Shown: positions 22,816 to 33,100 of the stretch, piece after piece | How the letters are laid out: every line of letters begins with the position of its first letter | Numbering within the stretch: the stretch's first letter is position 1 | Source: an uncultured delta proteobacterium | GTDB lineage: Bacteria > Myxococcota_A > Polyangia > Polyangiales > B10-G4 | NCBI GenBank assembly: GCA_963727445.1 | Contig: CAVSGI010000010.1 | Span: 832,001 to 896,000 of the forward strand | Direction of reading: 5' to 3' | Length of the DNA stretch: 64,000 nucleotides | Notes under the pieces: generated by a model | What the model saw: only the letters and a program-made list of their open reading frames with translations | What the model was told of the DNA's origin: nothing | The model's database searches: none | Made by a program: the position numbers and the translations under genes

Positions 22816-24270
22816 TCAGGTCAGCTCCGCGACCGTCGCGTCCAGGTCCTCGAGGAACGCCTCGAGGTGAACGCGGTGTGTGCGAAACGAGAGCACGCAC
22901 ACACGAATGACTTCGCGGCCATGGAGGATCGTGTGCGACAGGTGCACGCGACCTCGACGGTTGATCCCCGCGAGCACCTGCTGGTTGAGCTCGTCGAGCT
23001 CGTCCTCCGACGCGCCCTCGACCACGACGCGAAATGCGACGGTCGACAGATGGGTGGGCGACATCAGGCGGACGAACGAGCGCTCGCGAAGTTGCTCCTC
23101 ACACCAGGCGGCGAGGTCCAGTTTCTCATCCAGCGCGTCGCGAAAGGCTGAGGCGCCGAGGAGCTTGAGCGGTAGCCACAGGCGTAACCCCCGAGGCGCG
23201 CGACTCATCTCGAGCGACAGGTCGGCGAAGTTGGTCGCCCGAGCCACCTCGCCTGCTTCCACGGCGGCCGAGATGTACTCGGAGTGGACTCGATGGGCGT
23301 GCTCGAGGCGCTCACCGTCCTTGACCAAGAGCGATCCTGTGCCGAAGGGCAGGAAGAGACTCTTGTGGGGATCGAGCACCACGGAGTCGGCGCGCTCGAT
23401 TCCGTGCATCACGCTCCGACCACGCTCGGTCAGCAAGAAGAAGCCACCATAAGCGGCGTCCACGTGGAGCCACATCTTCTGTTCTGCACAAAAATCGGCG
23501 AGCCCCGCGATATCGTCGACGGCGCCGGTGTTCGTCGTGCCCGCGGTGGCGACGACGAAGAACGGTGCCGATCCCTTCGCACGATCCCGGGAAACCTGGG
23601 CCCTCAAGCTCTCGATATCCATCCGGAATTCGCCATCGGAAGGCACGATACGCACCTGCTCGGGAGGAAAGCCGGCGATGAGCGCAGCCTTCCGGATGGA
23701 GTGGTGCATCTGATCGGACGCGTAGATCGCGCCGCGGGAGAAGTCCGCTGGGAGAAGGGAGCGCCGAGCGGTGACGAGGGCCATCAGGTTTGCGATGGAG
23801 CCCCCGGAAGTGAGCACGCCCGATGACGCGCGCGTGTAACCGACGAGGTCGCAGAGCCAACGCAGAACGGTGAGCTCCAACTGGGCGAGGCCAGGCCCCG
23901 CCGCCCAGTACGCCACGTAGCGGTTCGTCGACGCGGCGATGAGCTCGGCGACCGCGGTGTGAAAAACTCCACCGTTCGGGATGTACGAAAGGTGACCGGG
24001 GCTCGCGGTGTTGATGCCCGTCGGGATCACGTCGCGAAAGAGGAGCTCGAAGAGGACGTCAGGCGACATGCCTCGTTCGGGCAGCGCTTCCTCGAGCAGC
24101 TCGACGACGCGATCACCGCCCGCACCCATCTCGCCCGTACCTTGGTCTGTAAGCGATTGGACGTACACCAAGATGTGACGCATTGCGTACTCGACGAGAG
24201 CGGACATCTCCGCTCCGGTGGGCTCGAGCGACGCACGCGTGTGCTCGCGGGGATTTGAACCTTTCGGCAT
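22816..24270 (-). CDS. Group II PLP-dependent (aromatic-L-amino-acid type) decarboxylase
   Basis: TSGGSIANL, HHSIRKAA, AGTTNTGAVD, WLHVDAAYGG, LDPHK (PLP Lys). Confidence 0.9.
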   Translation of the reverse strand: MPKGSNPREHTRASLEPTGAEMSALVEYAMRHILVYVQSLTDQGTGEMGAGGDRVVELLEEALPERGMSPDVLFELLFRDVIPTGINTASPGHLSYIPNGGVFHTAVAELIAASTNRYVAYWAAGPGLAQLELTVLRWLCDLVGYTRASSGVLTSGGSIANLMALVTARRSLLPADFSRGAIYASDQMHHSIRKAALIAGFPPEQVRIVPSDGEFRMDIESLRAQVSRDRAKGSAPFFVVATAGTTNTGAVDDIAGLADFCAEQKMWLHVDAAYGGFFLLTERGRSVMHGIERADSVVLDPHKSLFLPFGTGSLLVKDGERLEHAHRVHSEYISAAVEAGEVARATNFADLSLEMSRAPRGLRLWLPLKLLGASAFRDALDEKLDLAAWCEEQLRERSFVRLMSPTHLSTVAFRVVVEGASEDELDELNQQVLAGINRRGRVHLSHTILHGREVIRVCVLSFRTHRVHLEAFLEDLDATVAELT

Positions 24271-24296
24271 GACGATCCTGATACGCTAACCACGTC

Positions 24297-25736
24297 TTGC
24301 TGCAAAAGCGGAAAGTCGACATTGATTCGGACCGATTCCGAATCGTCGTACTGGGTCCGGAGGGAAGACTGAGCCACCTCGTGGAGGAGCGTCTTCTCGC
24401 CCGGGGGCACGCGCCCGTCGTGTCGTTTGGAGAGATCGAAGCGCTCGATCAGCTTCGCGAACACGGCGCGGACATGGTTCTCGTCCTCCTACCGCTCGAA
24501 GGTCGGGATGGGACGAGAGTTCTGGCGCAGCTTCGCGAAGTCGATCAGGGGATCCCGATCGTCGTGTGTGGTTCGGACGCGACCATCCCGAACGCCGCGC
24601 GGGCGATGGCCCTCGGCGCCAGCGAGCATTTCGCCGAGCCCCTGCCAGCGACCAACGACCTGCTGGCTTCCATCGGTGTGCTGCTCGGAGCGCGCCGCCA
24701 CGACACCCATCTGCGGTATTTGCGGCGCAAAGACGCCGCAGACGGTGGCGCGAACGCCCTGATCGGCGAGTCCGCGGGCATGCGACGGGTTCGGGCGATG
24801 GTGGACCAGATCTGCTCCCACGTGAGCGCCACCCCGACGAGCATCCTCATCAGCGGTGAGACCGGCACCGGAAAGGGATTGGTCGCCAAGGCCCTCCACT
24901 ATGGAGGCGCGCGACGCAACGCTGCCTTCGTGGACATCAACTGTGCCGCGCTGCCGGCGCCGATGATCGAGGCCGAGCTCTTCGGCCACGAACGTGGTGC
25001 CTTCACGGACGCCAAGCGTGCGAGGGAGGGGCTGTTCGAGACGGCCGACCGCGGAAGCATCTTCCTCGACGAGATCGGTTCCATGTCGTTGGACCTGCAG
25101 AGTCGTCTCCTCAAGGTCATCGAGGACCAGCAGTTCCGACGCATCGGGTCGAGCACGCCGATCGCGGTGGACGTTCAAATCGTCGCCGCGACCCACGAGC
25201 ACATTCCATCGCTCGTGGAGCAGAGCCGCTTCCGGGCCGACCTCTATCACCGACTGAACGTGGTGCACATCGAGATGCCACCACTGCGCGAGCGCGGCGA
25301 GGACAGGCTCCTGCTCGCGCGCAGCTTCATCCGCTCGACGTGCAAGCGCTACGGGCTACCCGAACGCGAGCTCGCCGACGACGCGGCTGCCGCGCTGATG
25401 CGTTACCCGTTTCCCGGCAACGTACGGGAGCTCAGGAACATCATCGAGCGCGTAATCCTCCTCGAGAACACCGACACGATCGATCGCGAACACCTGCAGC
25501 TCCGGCTCTCCGGCGTGGTGGAGGTCGGCAACACGGACGCCCCGGCGTGCGAAAGCGATGAACGGTTGGACGTTCGCCTTCCGTCCGGCAGCTTCTCGCT
25601 GGACGAGCTCGAGCGTGCGACGCTGCGTGCGGCCCTCGAACGAAACCACGGCAACGTTTCGCGCACCGCCCGCTACCTCCAGATCTCGCGCCAGAAGCTC
25701 CTCTACCGGCTGCGAAAGCACGGCTTGCGACGCTGA
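24297..25736 (+). CDS. Sigma54-dependent enhancer-binding protein (REC-like, AAA+, Fis-HTH)
   Basis: GETGTGKG Walker A, ELFGHERGAFTDA, FLDEIG, RFRADLYHRL, FPGNVRELRN, C-terminal HTH. Start uncertain. Confidence 0.92.
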   Translation: MLQKRKVDIDSDRFRIVVLGPEGRLSHLVEERLLARGHAPVVSFGEIEALDQLREHGADMVLVLLPLEGRDGTRVLAQLREVDQGIPIVVCGSDATIPNAARAMALGASEHFAEPLPATNDLLASIGVLLGARRHDTHLRYLRRKDAADGGANALIGESAGMRRVRAMVDQICSHVSATPTSILISGETGTGKGLVAKALHYGGARRNAAFVDINCAALPAPMIEAELFGHERGAFTDAKRAREGLFETADRGSIFLDEIGSMSLDLQSRLLKVIEDQQFRRIGSSTPIAVDVQIVAATHEHIPSLVEQSRFRADLYHRLNVVHIEMPPLRERGEDRLLLARSFIRSTCKRYGLPERELADDAAAALMRYPFPGNVRELRNIIERVILLENTDTIDREHLQLRLSGVVEVGNTDAPACESDERLDVRLPSGSFSLDELERATLRAALERNHGNVSRTARYLQISRQKLLYRLRKHGLRR

Positions 25737-25770
25737 GACGAAAAAGAACGGCGTTTGAATGCCCACACGA

Positions 25771-25800
25771 GAGCCCATCTCAAGCTCTCGAGATGGGCTC
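25771..25800. terminator. Stem-loop between convergent genes, possible bidirectional terminator
   Basis: GAGCCCATCTC-N8-GAGATGGGCTC perfect 11-bp stem. Confidence 0.55.
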
Positions 25801-25807
25801 GAGGGCC

Positions 25808-27154
25808 TCATCGAAGCGGATTGCGGACGACCCACACCTGAGTAACCGCGCCGCGGCTGACGAGATGGGTCACCCAGCAGCCGTCGTGGCTGAGGTAGGG
25901 CTCGGACTGGATGTCGTCCTCCCCGAGCTCGCTGGGGTGCAGCTCGGCGCGGGCACCGGTCAGGCGATCGTAGACGTAGACGCGACGCTCCCACACGAAG
26001 GTGACGAAGCGGCCGTCGGCGGAGATCACCGGAAAGCCGGCAGCCTGGGGTACGGCGGAGAGGGAGCCGCTCTCGCGGTCTCTCACGTAGACGCGCGTCT
26101 CCCCATCCTCGAAGGTGGTCGCGCTGCTGTTGAACGCGACGAAGCGACCGTCTCCGCTGATCGACGGGGCGAGGCTGTCGTCGTCTCCCCCCTCGCTCTC
26201 TTCTTCGAGGACTTCGCGCTGGGCGTCGCGAACGAAGACGTCCGGGAAGCGATCCGCGGTCGGATCTATGTTCTGGCTTCCCGAGGCGAACGCAACGAAG
26301 CGACCGGCGCGGTCGATCGAAAGAACACGTTCGGTCAGCGAGACGCCTGAGAGGAGGTCATCGGCCGCGTCCCCGGGGCGCCCGGATGGATCGACGGAAA
26401 GCATCTGGCTCTCCCCCGTCTCGAGCGAGACGCGAACGGGCTGGAACGCAGCAATCTCATCGTCACTATCCCATGCGATCTGAAGCATGGCGAAAGCGAT
26501 GAAGCGGCCGTCGCCCGAGAGGACGGGCGCGTCGCCTCCGACGAAGCGGTCATCGGGATACCGTACGAACCGCGTCTCGCCCGTCAGGAGCGAGTGAACG
26601 TAGACGTCGGTCCGGGAGTTGACGTCTTCTGGATGGAGCCGGTCGCTGTTCGAAGGAAAGGCGACCAGCGACCCGTCGTCGCTCAGCGACGGCCGACCCG
26701 AGATGAGTCGAAAACCCGAGGCGTCGTCACCCTCCGTGCCGTCTGTGGCCACACTGGCGCGGATGGTCGTCTCTGCGGCGCGATCACGGACGAAGACGTC
26801 GAGCTCGCCATTGTCGTCGCCAGCGACCAGGTCTCCCGCCGAGGAAACGAAGGCGACAAAGCGACCATCGGCGGAGATGGTGGGCGACCCCGCACCTCCG
26901 ACGGAGGCGTCTCCAGTGGGCGTCACCGAGACGAGCTCCGGACCATCATCGAAGTCTTCACATGGCGGAAGCGGCGGTGTGGACGCTCCGTCCGGCCGAG
27001 CGTCGGTCGACGCGGCCGCGTCCGCGGCCTCGACCTCGAGACCGCTCCGCGCGCCGCACGCCCAAAGCACCATCAGCGCGAGGGCGGTGGCGACGGTTTC
27101 GCGGAGGTGGACGGGCTCCATCGTCGATGCACGATACGCTAGTGCCTGGTCCAA
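25808..27154 (-). CDS. TolB-like beta-propeller lipoprotein
   Basis: Repeated PxISADGRFVAF and DVFVRDR motifs. Signal ending LWAC; true start may be the ATG at 27122. Confidence 0.8.
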   Translation of the reverse strand: MDQALAYRASTMEPVHLRETVATALALMVLWACGARSGLEVEAADAAASTDARPDGASTPPLPPCEDFDDGPELVSVTPTGDASVGGAGSPTISADGRFVAFVSSAGDLVAGDDNGELDVFVRDRAAETTIRASVATDGTEGDDASGFRLISGRPSLSDDGSLVAFPSNSDRLHPEDVNSRTDVYVHSLLTGETRFVRYPDDRFVGGDAPVLSGDGRFIAFAMLQIAWDSDDEIAAFQPVRVSLETGESQMLSVDPSGRPGDAADDLLSGVSLTERVLSIDRAGRFVAFASGSQNIDPTADRFPDVFVRDAQREVLEEESEGGDDDSLAPSISGDGRFVAFNSSATTFEDGETRVYVRDRESGSLSAVPQAAGFPVISADGRFVTFVWERRVYVYDRLTGARAELHPSELGEDDIQSEPYLSHDGCWVTHLVSRGAVTQVWVVRNPLR

Positions 27155-27299
27155 TGCGCTCCGGGTTCGTCGCGCGGGTGCTGGTGGGGAGTGCCTGTGG
27201 CGGCGAACATTCCGAGAAGACGTTCAGATTCGACGGATCGAGAGGTCGCATCCGACCGACCCCATCAGCCTCGGCGGGACGTGGTGCGGCAGCGGCCGG

Positions 27300-28072
27300 T
27301 CACGGCTCTTCCCTTTGGTCGGGGGAGGCGTCGATGGTGGCCGTCGCCTCCGCCTCTGCCTCGGTCTCGGCCTCCGAGATCGCTGCCTCCGAGATCGCTG
27401 GCCCGACGCGAAGCTGGACGGGCTCGGTCGAGCGGATCCCGAGGTGATGCGCGATGGCCCAGGCCAGCCAATGCGCGCGGTTGGGCGCCGAGGATCGAAA
27501 GATCGAGACCTCGCTCCCGTCCTCGAGCACCAGCACGACGGAGGAGATGGATTGCAGAGCCGTGAGCTCCTGGTCCACGAACACGCCGGTGATGTCGGAG
27601 ACGAGCACCTCGAACTCTGCCCCGAGCGGCTGGGTCACCGATCGAACGTGCCGCCCATCCACCCATACGGTGCTCCGCTCGAGCTCACCCGAGACGAACA
27701 CGCTGGCAGTGAAACCGATGAAGGGGAGGAAGAGGAGGTTGAAGAGGAAGTCGCCGACCCACAGAGACGCCGCGGCGAACAAACCGAGGAAGAGAACGGC
27801 TCCGATCGTGAGGGTGGGCTCGCCCCGATTGTTCAGAAGGTCGAGGCGCAACGTGGGCCGGCTTGCCCGTGAACGATAGGCCCCTCCGATCTCGCCTCCC
27901 TCGATGTTGCGTCGGACACGGCTGGACGGCGGCTCCTCGACGGGCGCCGCGAAGCGCGCTTCCTCTCTCAGCTCCGTCCAGCACGTGCCGCACCGAATCG
28001 TTCGGCGGCGGTCGTGGGCTCTCGTCAGAGGCGTGATGTCTCGGCAAACGTGACAGTAGACGTCGACGACCA
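27300..28072 (-). CDS. Hypothetical membrane protein with N-terminal CxxC..CxxC zinc ribbon
   Basis: CHVC..CGTC followed by two hydrophobic segments. Confidence 0.5.
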
Positions 28073-28200
28073 TACGTGTTCCACGCCCATCACCTGGTAG
28101 TGGGCGAGCTTCGTGGCGCGGGCGAGCCACACGGCCACGGAGGCTCTTTAGGAACGCACGGACGGATAGCAACCGTCATCGGTCGACCCTCGAGCCCGAA

Positions 28201-28797
28201 TCAGATCGTGACGTCGACGTTGAAGGTGCCGAAGTCGCTGGTCGCGGTGCCCGTGACCGAGGTCGAGCCTTCGATGCGCCGAACGTTGTCAGCGTTGGCG
28301 GGGTCGGCTTCCGTCATGCCGTCGATGGTGAGGTTCAGCGTCACGTCGCCTTCGATGTCACCCGTCATGTGAAAGGTGCCCATCAGGGTGCCGGTGAGCG
28401 TCGCGTCCGGGATGCCGCGAAGGCTGAGGTCGAGGTTCGCCGGCGTGCCGTCGGGAGTGTCGTAGGTGATGACCAGATCGTTGTCGGTCGTCGGCTCGAG
28501 GTCGCGGTACTCGACGACGTCGAGGAGCAGGCGCATCTCCTTGTTGGCCGAGGCGCCCATGTCCACCTGCCCGGAGACGGTGAGGGTGCCGGTGACGTCA
28601 CCCATCGTCATCTGGGTGGGGATGTTGGCGCTGGTCGCCGCGTTGAAGCCGTCGAAGCCGAGGGTCAGGGACTTGCCCACCATCTCGTCGAGGCCGAGGT
28701 AGGCGGCCTCGGCGGCCTGATCGGAGTCGACCCCACCACCGCAGGCGACGAGGGTGGAGGTCGAGGCGAGGAGAAGGATCTGGGTGAAGCGCGTCAT
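28201..28797 (-). CDS. Hypothetical lipoprotein
   Basis: Signal ending LVAC, then a Thr/Gly/Asp-rich beta-type sequence with strong GC3 bias. Confidence 0.75.
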   Translation of the reverse strand: MTRFTQILLLASTSTLVACGGGVDSDQAAEAAYLGLDEMVGKSLTLGFDGFNAATSANIPTQMTMGDVTGTLTVSGQVDMGASANKEMRLLLDVVEYRDLEPTTDNDLVITYDTPDGTPANLDLSLRGIPDATLTGTLMGTFHMTGDIEGDVTLNLTIDGMTEADPANADNVRRIEGSTSVTGTATSDFGTFNVDVTI

Positions 28798-28886
28798 GGG
28801 CCCAGGATACCCCGGGTGGGCTCGTCGCTGTCAGTTCCGGCTGCTATCGTGCGTCTCCCTCTGTACCGAGGGGAGCCGATTCCGCC

Positions 28887-30146
28887 GTGAAGATCGTTCA
28901 CGCTGCAGATTTGCACGTCGACAGCCCGCTCCGCGGGCTTCAGCGCTATCCGAACGCGCCCGTGGAGCGGATCCGCGGGGCGACCCGCGAAGCGCTCGTG
29001 AACCTGGTCGACCTCTGCATCGCGGAGGAAGCGACCGTGCTGCTCCTGGCGGGGGACGTCTTCGACGGGGACTGGAAGGACTATTCGACCGGGCTGTTCT
29101 TCGCCGGCCAGATGGCGCGGCTGAAGGACGCGGGGGTGCGCGTCTTGTCCATCCGGGGCAACCACGACGCCGCGAGCAAGATGAGCAAGAAGCTGACGCT
29201 GCCCGACAACGTGGTGGAGCTCAGCACGAGGAAGCCCGTGACGGTCGTCGACGAGGAGCTGGGCCTCGCCATCCACGGTCAGGGATTCGCCAAACGAGTG
29301 GTCGACGAGGATTCGGCGCGGGCCTATCCCGACGCGCGCTCGGGGCTCTTGAACATCGGCATGCTCCACACCTCCCTCGACGGTCGTCCGGGTCATGCGC
29401 CCTACGCACCGACCAGCGTCGACGTCCTGTCGAGCAAGGGCTACGACTACTGGGCCCTGGGTCATGTCCACGCCCGCGAGGTTCTCGCTGAAGACCCGTG
29501 GATCGTCTACCCGGGCAACACCCAGGGGCGTCACGCGAAGGAGACTGGCCCGAAAGGCGCGACCCTCATCACCATCGAGGGGGATCGCATCGCCACCGTG
29601 GAGCACCGGCCCCTGGATGTGGTGCGCTGGGCGCACCTGGTCGTGGACGCGACCGACGCCGCACACCCGGACGACGTCGTGGAGCGAGCGCGACAGATGC
29701 TCGAGGCCGCCGTCGAGGAGGCCGGAGAGGACCGGCTGGTGGCGGCGCGCATCACCATCGAGGGTGAGACCGCGGCGCATGGGGAGCTCGCGCGCGAGCC
29801 CGAGCGATGGGAGGAGCAGCTCCGCGTCGCTGGGATTGACGTGGGAGACACGTGGATCGAGAAGGTACGGCTGCGCACCGCGGCGCGGGTCGACCTCCAC
29901 GAGCTCACGTCGAAGGACGACGCGCTCGGCGCCCTCTTCCGGCGGCTCCAGTCCCTCTCCGACGATCCCGAAGCCCTCGCCGAGCACGCCCACGCGTTCG
30001 AGGACCTGATCTCGAAGCTCCCTCGGGAGGCGCGAGAGGGCGACGACGGCGTGCGCCTCGACGACCCCACCTACCTCGCCGATGCTCTCCGCGACGCGAC
30101 TCAGCTCCTGTTGCCGCGGCTGCTCGCGAGGGGTGGTGACGAGTGA
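28887..30146 (+). CDS. yhaO: Mre11/SbcD-like metallophosphoesterase nuclease (YhaO-like)
   Basis: HAADLH, AGDVFD, GNHD, LHT, WALGHVH, YPGNTQGR. Confidence 0.88.
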   Translation: MKIVHAADLHVDSPLRGLQRYPNAPVERIRGATREALVNLVDLCIAEEATVLLLAGDVFDGDWKDYSTGLFFAGQMARLKDAGVRVLSIRGNHDAASKMSKKLTLPDNVVELSTRKPVTVVDEELGLAIHGQGFAKRVVDEDSARAYPDARSGLLNIGMLHTSLDGRPGHAPYAPTSVDVLSSKGYDYWALGHVHAREVLAEDPWIVYPGNTQGRHAKETGPKGATLITIEGDRIATVEHRPLDVVRWAHLVVDATDAAHPDDVVERARQMLEAAVEEAGEDRLVAARITIEGETAAHGELAREPERWEEQLRVAGIDVGDTWIEKVRLRTAARVDLHELTSKDDALGALFRRLQSLSDDPEALAEHAHAFEDLISKLPREAREGDDGVRLDDPTYLADALRDATQLLLPRLLARGGDE

Positions 30147-33100
30147 GGATCGCCGAGCTCCACCTGAAGGCTTTTGGGCCTTTTGACGACGTGCGGGTCG
30201 ATCTCGACGCCGGCGGTCCCGGCCTGCACGTGATCTACGGTCACAACGAGGCAGGCAAGAGCACCACCCTGCGCGCGCTCTTCGGTCTCTTCTTCGGGAT
30301 CCCTCCGCGGACCACGGACGCTCATCGGCACCGGATGCCCAAGCTCCGTATCGGGGCGCGCCTGGTCGACGAAGAGGGGGCGGTCCACGAGCTCCTTCGA
30401 AAGAAGGGCAACAAGAACACCCTCCTCGGGCCCGACGAGCAGCCGATCGACGAAGCCGTGATGCAGCGCCTCTTGGCTCACGTCTCGGAGCAGGAATTCG
30501 CGCGGATGTTCGGCCTCGATCACGAGACGCTCCGCGAGGGCGCGGCCGAGCTCCTCTCGAGCGGCGGCGACGTTGGCCAGAGCCTCTACGGCGCGAGCCT
30601 GGGTGGGGGCATCCACACCGTCGTCACCAAGCTCGACGAAGAAGCCGATGCCATCTTCACCGCCCGAGGCAAGCAGAAGAAGACGCTGAACGCGGCGCTC
30701 GCCGAATACAAGGAAGCCCAACGCCGCGTGAGGGACGCGGGGTTCACCCCCGAGGGTTACAAGACGCAGGTGGCGGCGCTCGAAGGAGCGCGAACGACGC
30801 TCGAGCATCTCGAAGCCCAGCGGGCCGAGCTCCACGCCGAACGCTACCAGGTCGAGCGCGCGCTCCGAGTGATCCCGCTGCTCAAGAAGTTGGTGCTCGC
30901 CCGTCAGGAGCGCGAGGCGCTCGGGACCGTGATCGCCATCGCCCCGGAATCGGTCGAGGCGCGAGCGCGCGCCGAAAAGGCGGCGGACGAGGCGCGACGG
31001 ACGCTCGATTTCGAGGCGGACGAGGTCGCACGACTCCAAAAGCAACGGCACGCGCTCCCGCCGCGCGCCGCGGTCGCCGAGGTGCCTGTCGATGTTCTCT
31101 CGGACCTCGCTGATCGCTTCAGCGTTCATCGCAAGGACGACATGGACCTTCGCAAGCGCGAGGCGGAACGTGACGCGGCTGCGCGCGAAGCGGAGCGCAT
31201 CGTGGCCCGCGTGCGCCCGGAAGCGAAGCTCACCGACGCGCGCACTCTCATCATCCAGCCCGCCGATCGCGCGGCCCTCGCGCATCTCGCCGATGCGCAC
31301 GGCGAGCTCGTTTCGAACCTGGCCAACGCACGGGACAACCTCGATGCCGCGCTCGCGGAGCGCGAGGAGATCACAGAGAGCGCTGGCGAGGTGGGCAGCG
31401 ACGACACGACGGAGCTCACCGCCTCTCTGGAAGCGGCGCGGGACCTCGGCGACGCCCCAACGCGGCTCGCCGCGCTCAGGGCCGAGCTCGCGGCGAAGGC
31501 GGAGGCCGCCGAGCGAAGGGCGAAGGCCCTCCCGGGGTTCGAGGGGAGCGCGGCCGAGGCCGCAGGCCTGAGGGTGCCCGACCGCGCGCAGGTGGACCGG
31601 GACGTGGAGGCGCGGCGAGAGTGCGTCCGCGCCGTCACCGATGCGCGGGCCAAGCGCGAGGAGCGCGCTGCGGAGCTCGCTGCTCTCGAGTCGGAGATCG
31701 AAGAAGAAGCGCGAAAGGGCGCGGTGCCCACCGAACGCGATCTCGAGGGGCAGAGGCGAGACCGGGACCGCCTGTGGGCCGCACTCCGCCGCTCGATGGA
31801 GGACGACGCGGACGAGCGCAACGGGCAGGAGGCCCTGGGGCTCGACGACCCGGACCCCGAGGCGTACGAGGACGCCGTCGCGCGCGCGGATGGCACCAGC
31901 GACGCCATGCGGCGCGAGGCGGATCGCGTCGCCAAGCGGGCGCGCCTCGAGACCGCGCAGCGAGAAGCGGCGCGGGCGCTGGCGCGCGCCGAGGAGCGGC
32001 TGAAGGAGGCCGAGGCGACGGCCAAAGCGCACGACGAGGCCACGCGCGCGCGGTGGCGCTCGCTCGGCGTCGAAGGCGAGGACGCCGAGCAGATGCGCGC
32101 CTTTCATGCGCGACACGCCGAGCTCGTGGCGGCCTGGGAGCTCGTGGAGACGGGACGTGCCGAAGAGGCGGCGCTCGCGGCGCGGGTCGAGGAGGTGCGC
32201 GCGCGGCTCGCCAAGGCGCTCGGCGGCGGGGCCGAGCGGGACCTTCGGACGCTCGCACGGGCCGCGGAGGCGGCGACCGCCGATGCGCAGGAGCGACGCG
32301 TCCGCCGCGAGGCGGATCGTGAGCGCCGCAACCGGCTCTCGAAATCGATCGAGGCGCTCGAGCGAAAGCTGGCGAAGCACCAGGCCGCGCTCGAGGCATG
32401 GAAGGACGATTGGAAGCCGCGCACCCTGGCGCTGGGCTTGGGCGAGTCAGCGCTCCCCGCGGAAGCGCGCGAGGTGATCGGCGTACTGGTCCAACTCGAG
32501 CGCAAGCTCGACCAGCTCGACGCGCTTCAAGATCGCATCGATAAGATGGGGCGCGACGCGGCGCGCTTCGCGGAGGATCTGGACCGCCTGGTCGCGTCCC
32601 ACGCACCGGATCTCGCGGATCGACCCCTCGACGAACGCGCCGCCGGGTTCATCGCCGCCGTGAGCGAGGCACACGCCGTCCGCGACAAGGCCGCAGCGCT
32701 CGACGACGAGCTCGGCGAGCGCGGCGAGCGCGTGGCGCAGCTCGAAGCGCAGCGCGCTCGGGCAGAGCAGGAGCTCCATCAGCTCTGCGAAGCTGCAGGC
32801 GTGGCCGACCTGGAAGCGCTCCACGAAGCAGAGGCGCGCTCCAGACGCGCGAAGGAGATCGACGCCACCATCGACGCGCTCGAAGCGGATCTCCTGGAGG
32901 CCGGCGAAGGTGAGCCCCTGGCCTCACTCCAAGAGCAGACCGAGGGCCTGGACCTGGGGCGTTGCCGGGGACGCAAGGCGGACATCGATCGCGAGATCGA
33001 GGAGCTGATGGACCGGGTGGACGACGCACGCCATGACCTGCGCGAAAAGGAAGGCGGCCTCGCTCGCTTCCGGGAAGACGTCCGCGCCTCGGAGGCAGCG

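Noticed and set aside
30101..32380. Long antisense or alternate-frame ORFs (for example 30101-32380, 35890-37731, 48385-50451, 52804-55023, 58106-59998)
   Set aside because: Shadow ORFs expected at high GC. They overlap well-supported genes and carry no recognisable motifs.
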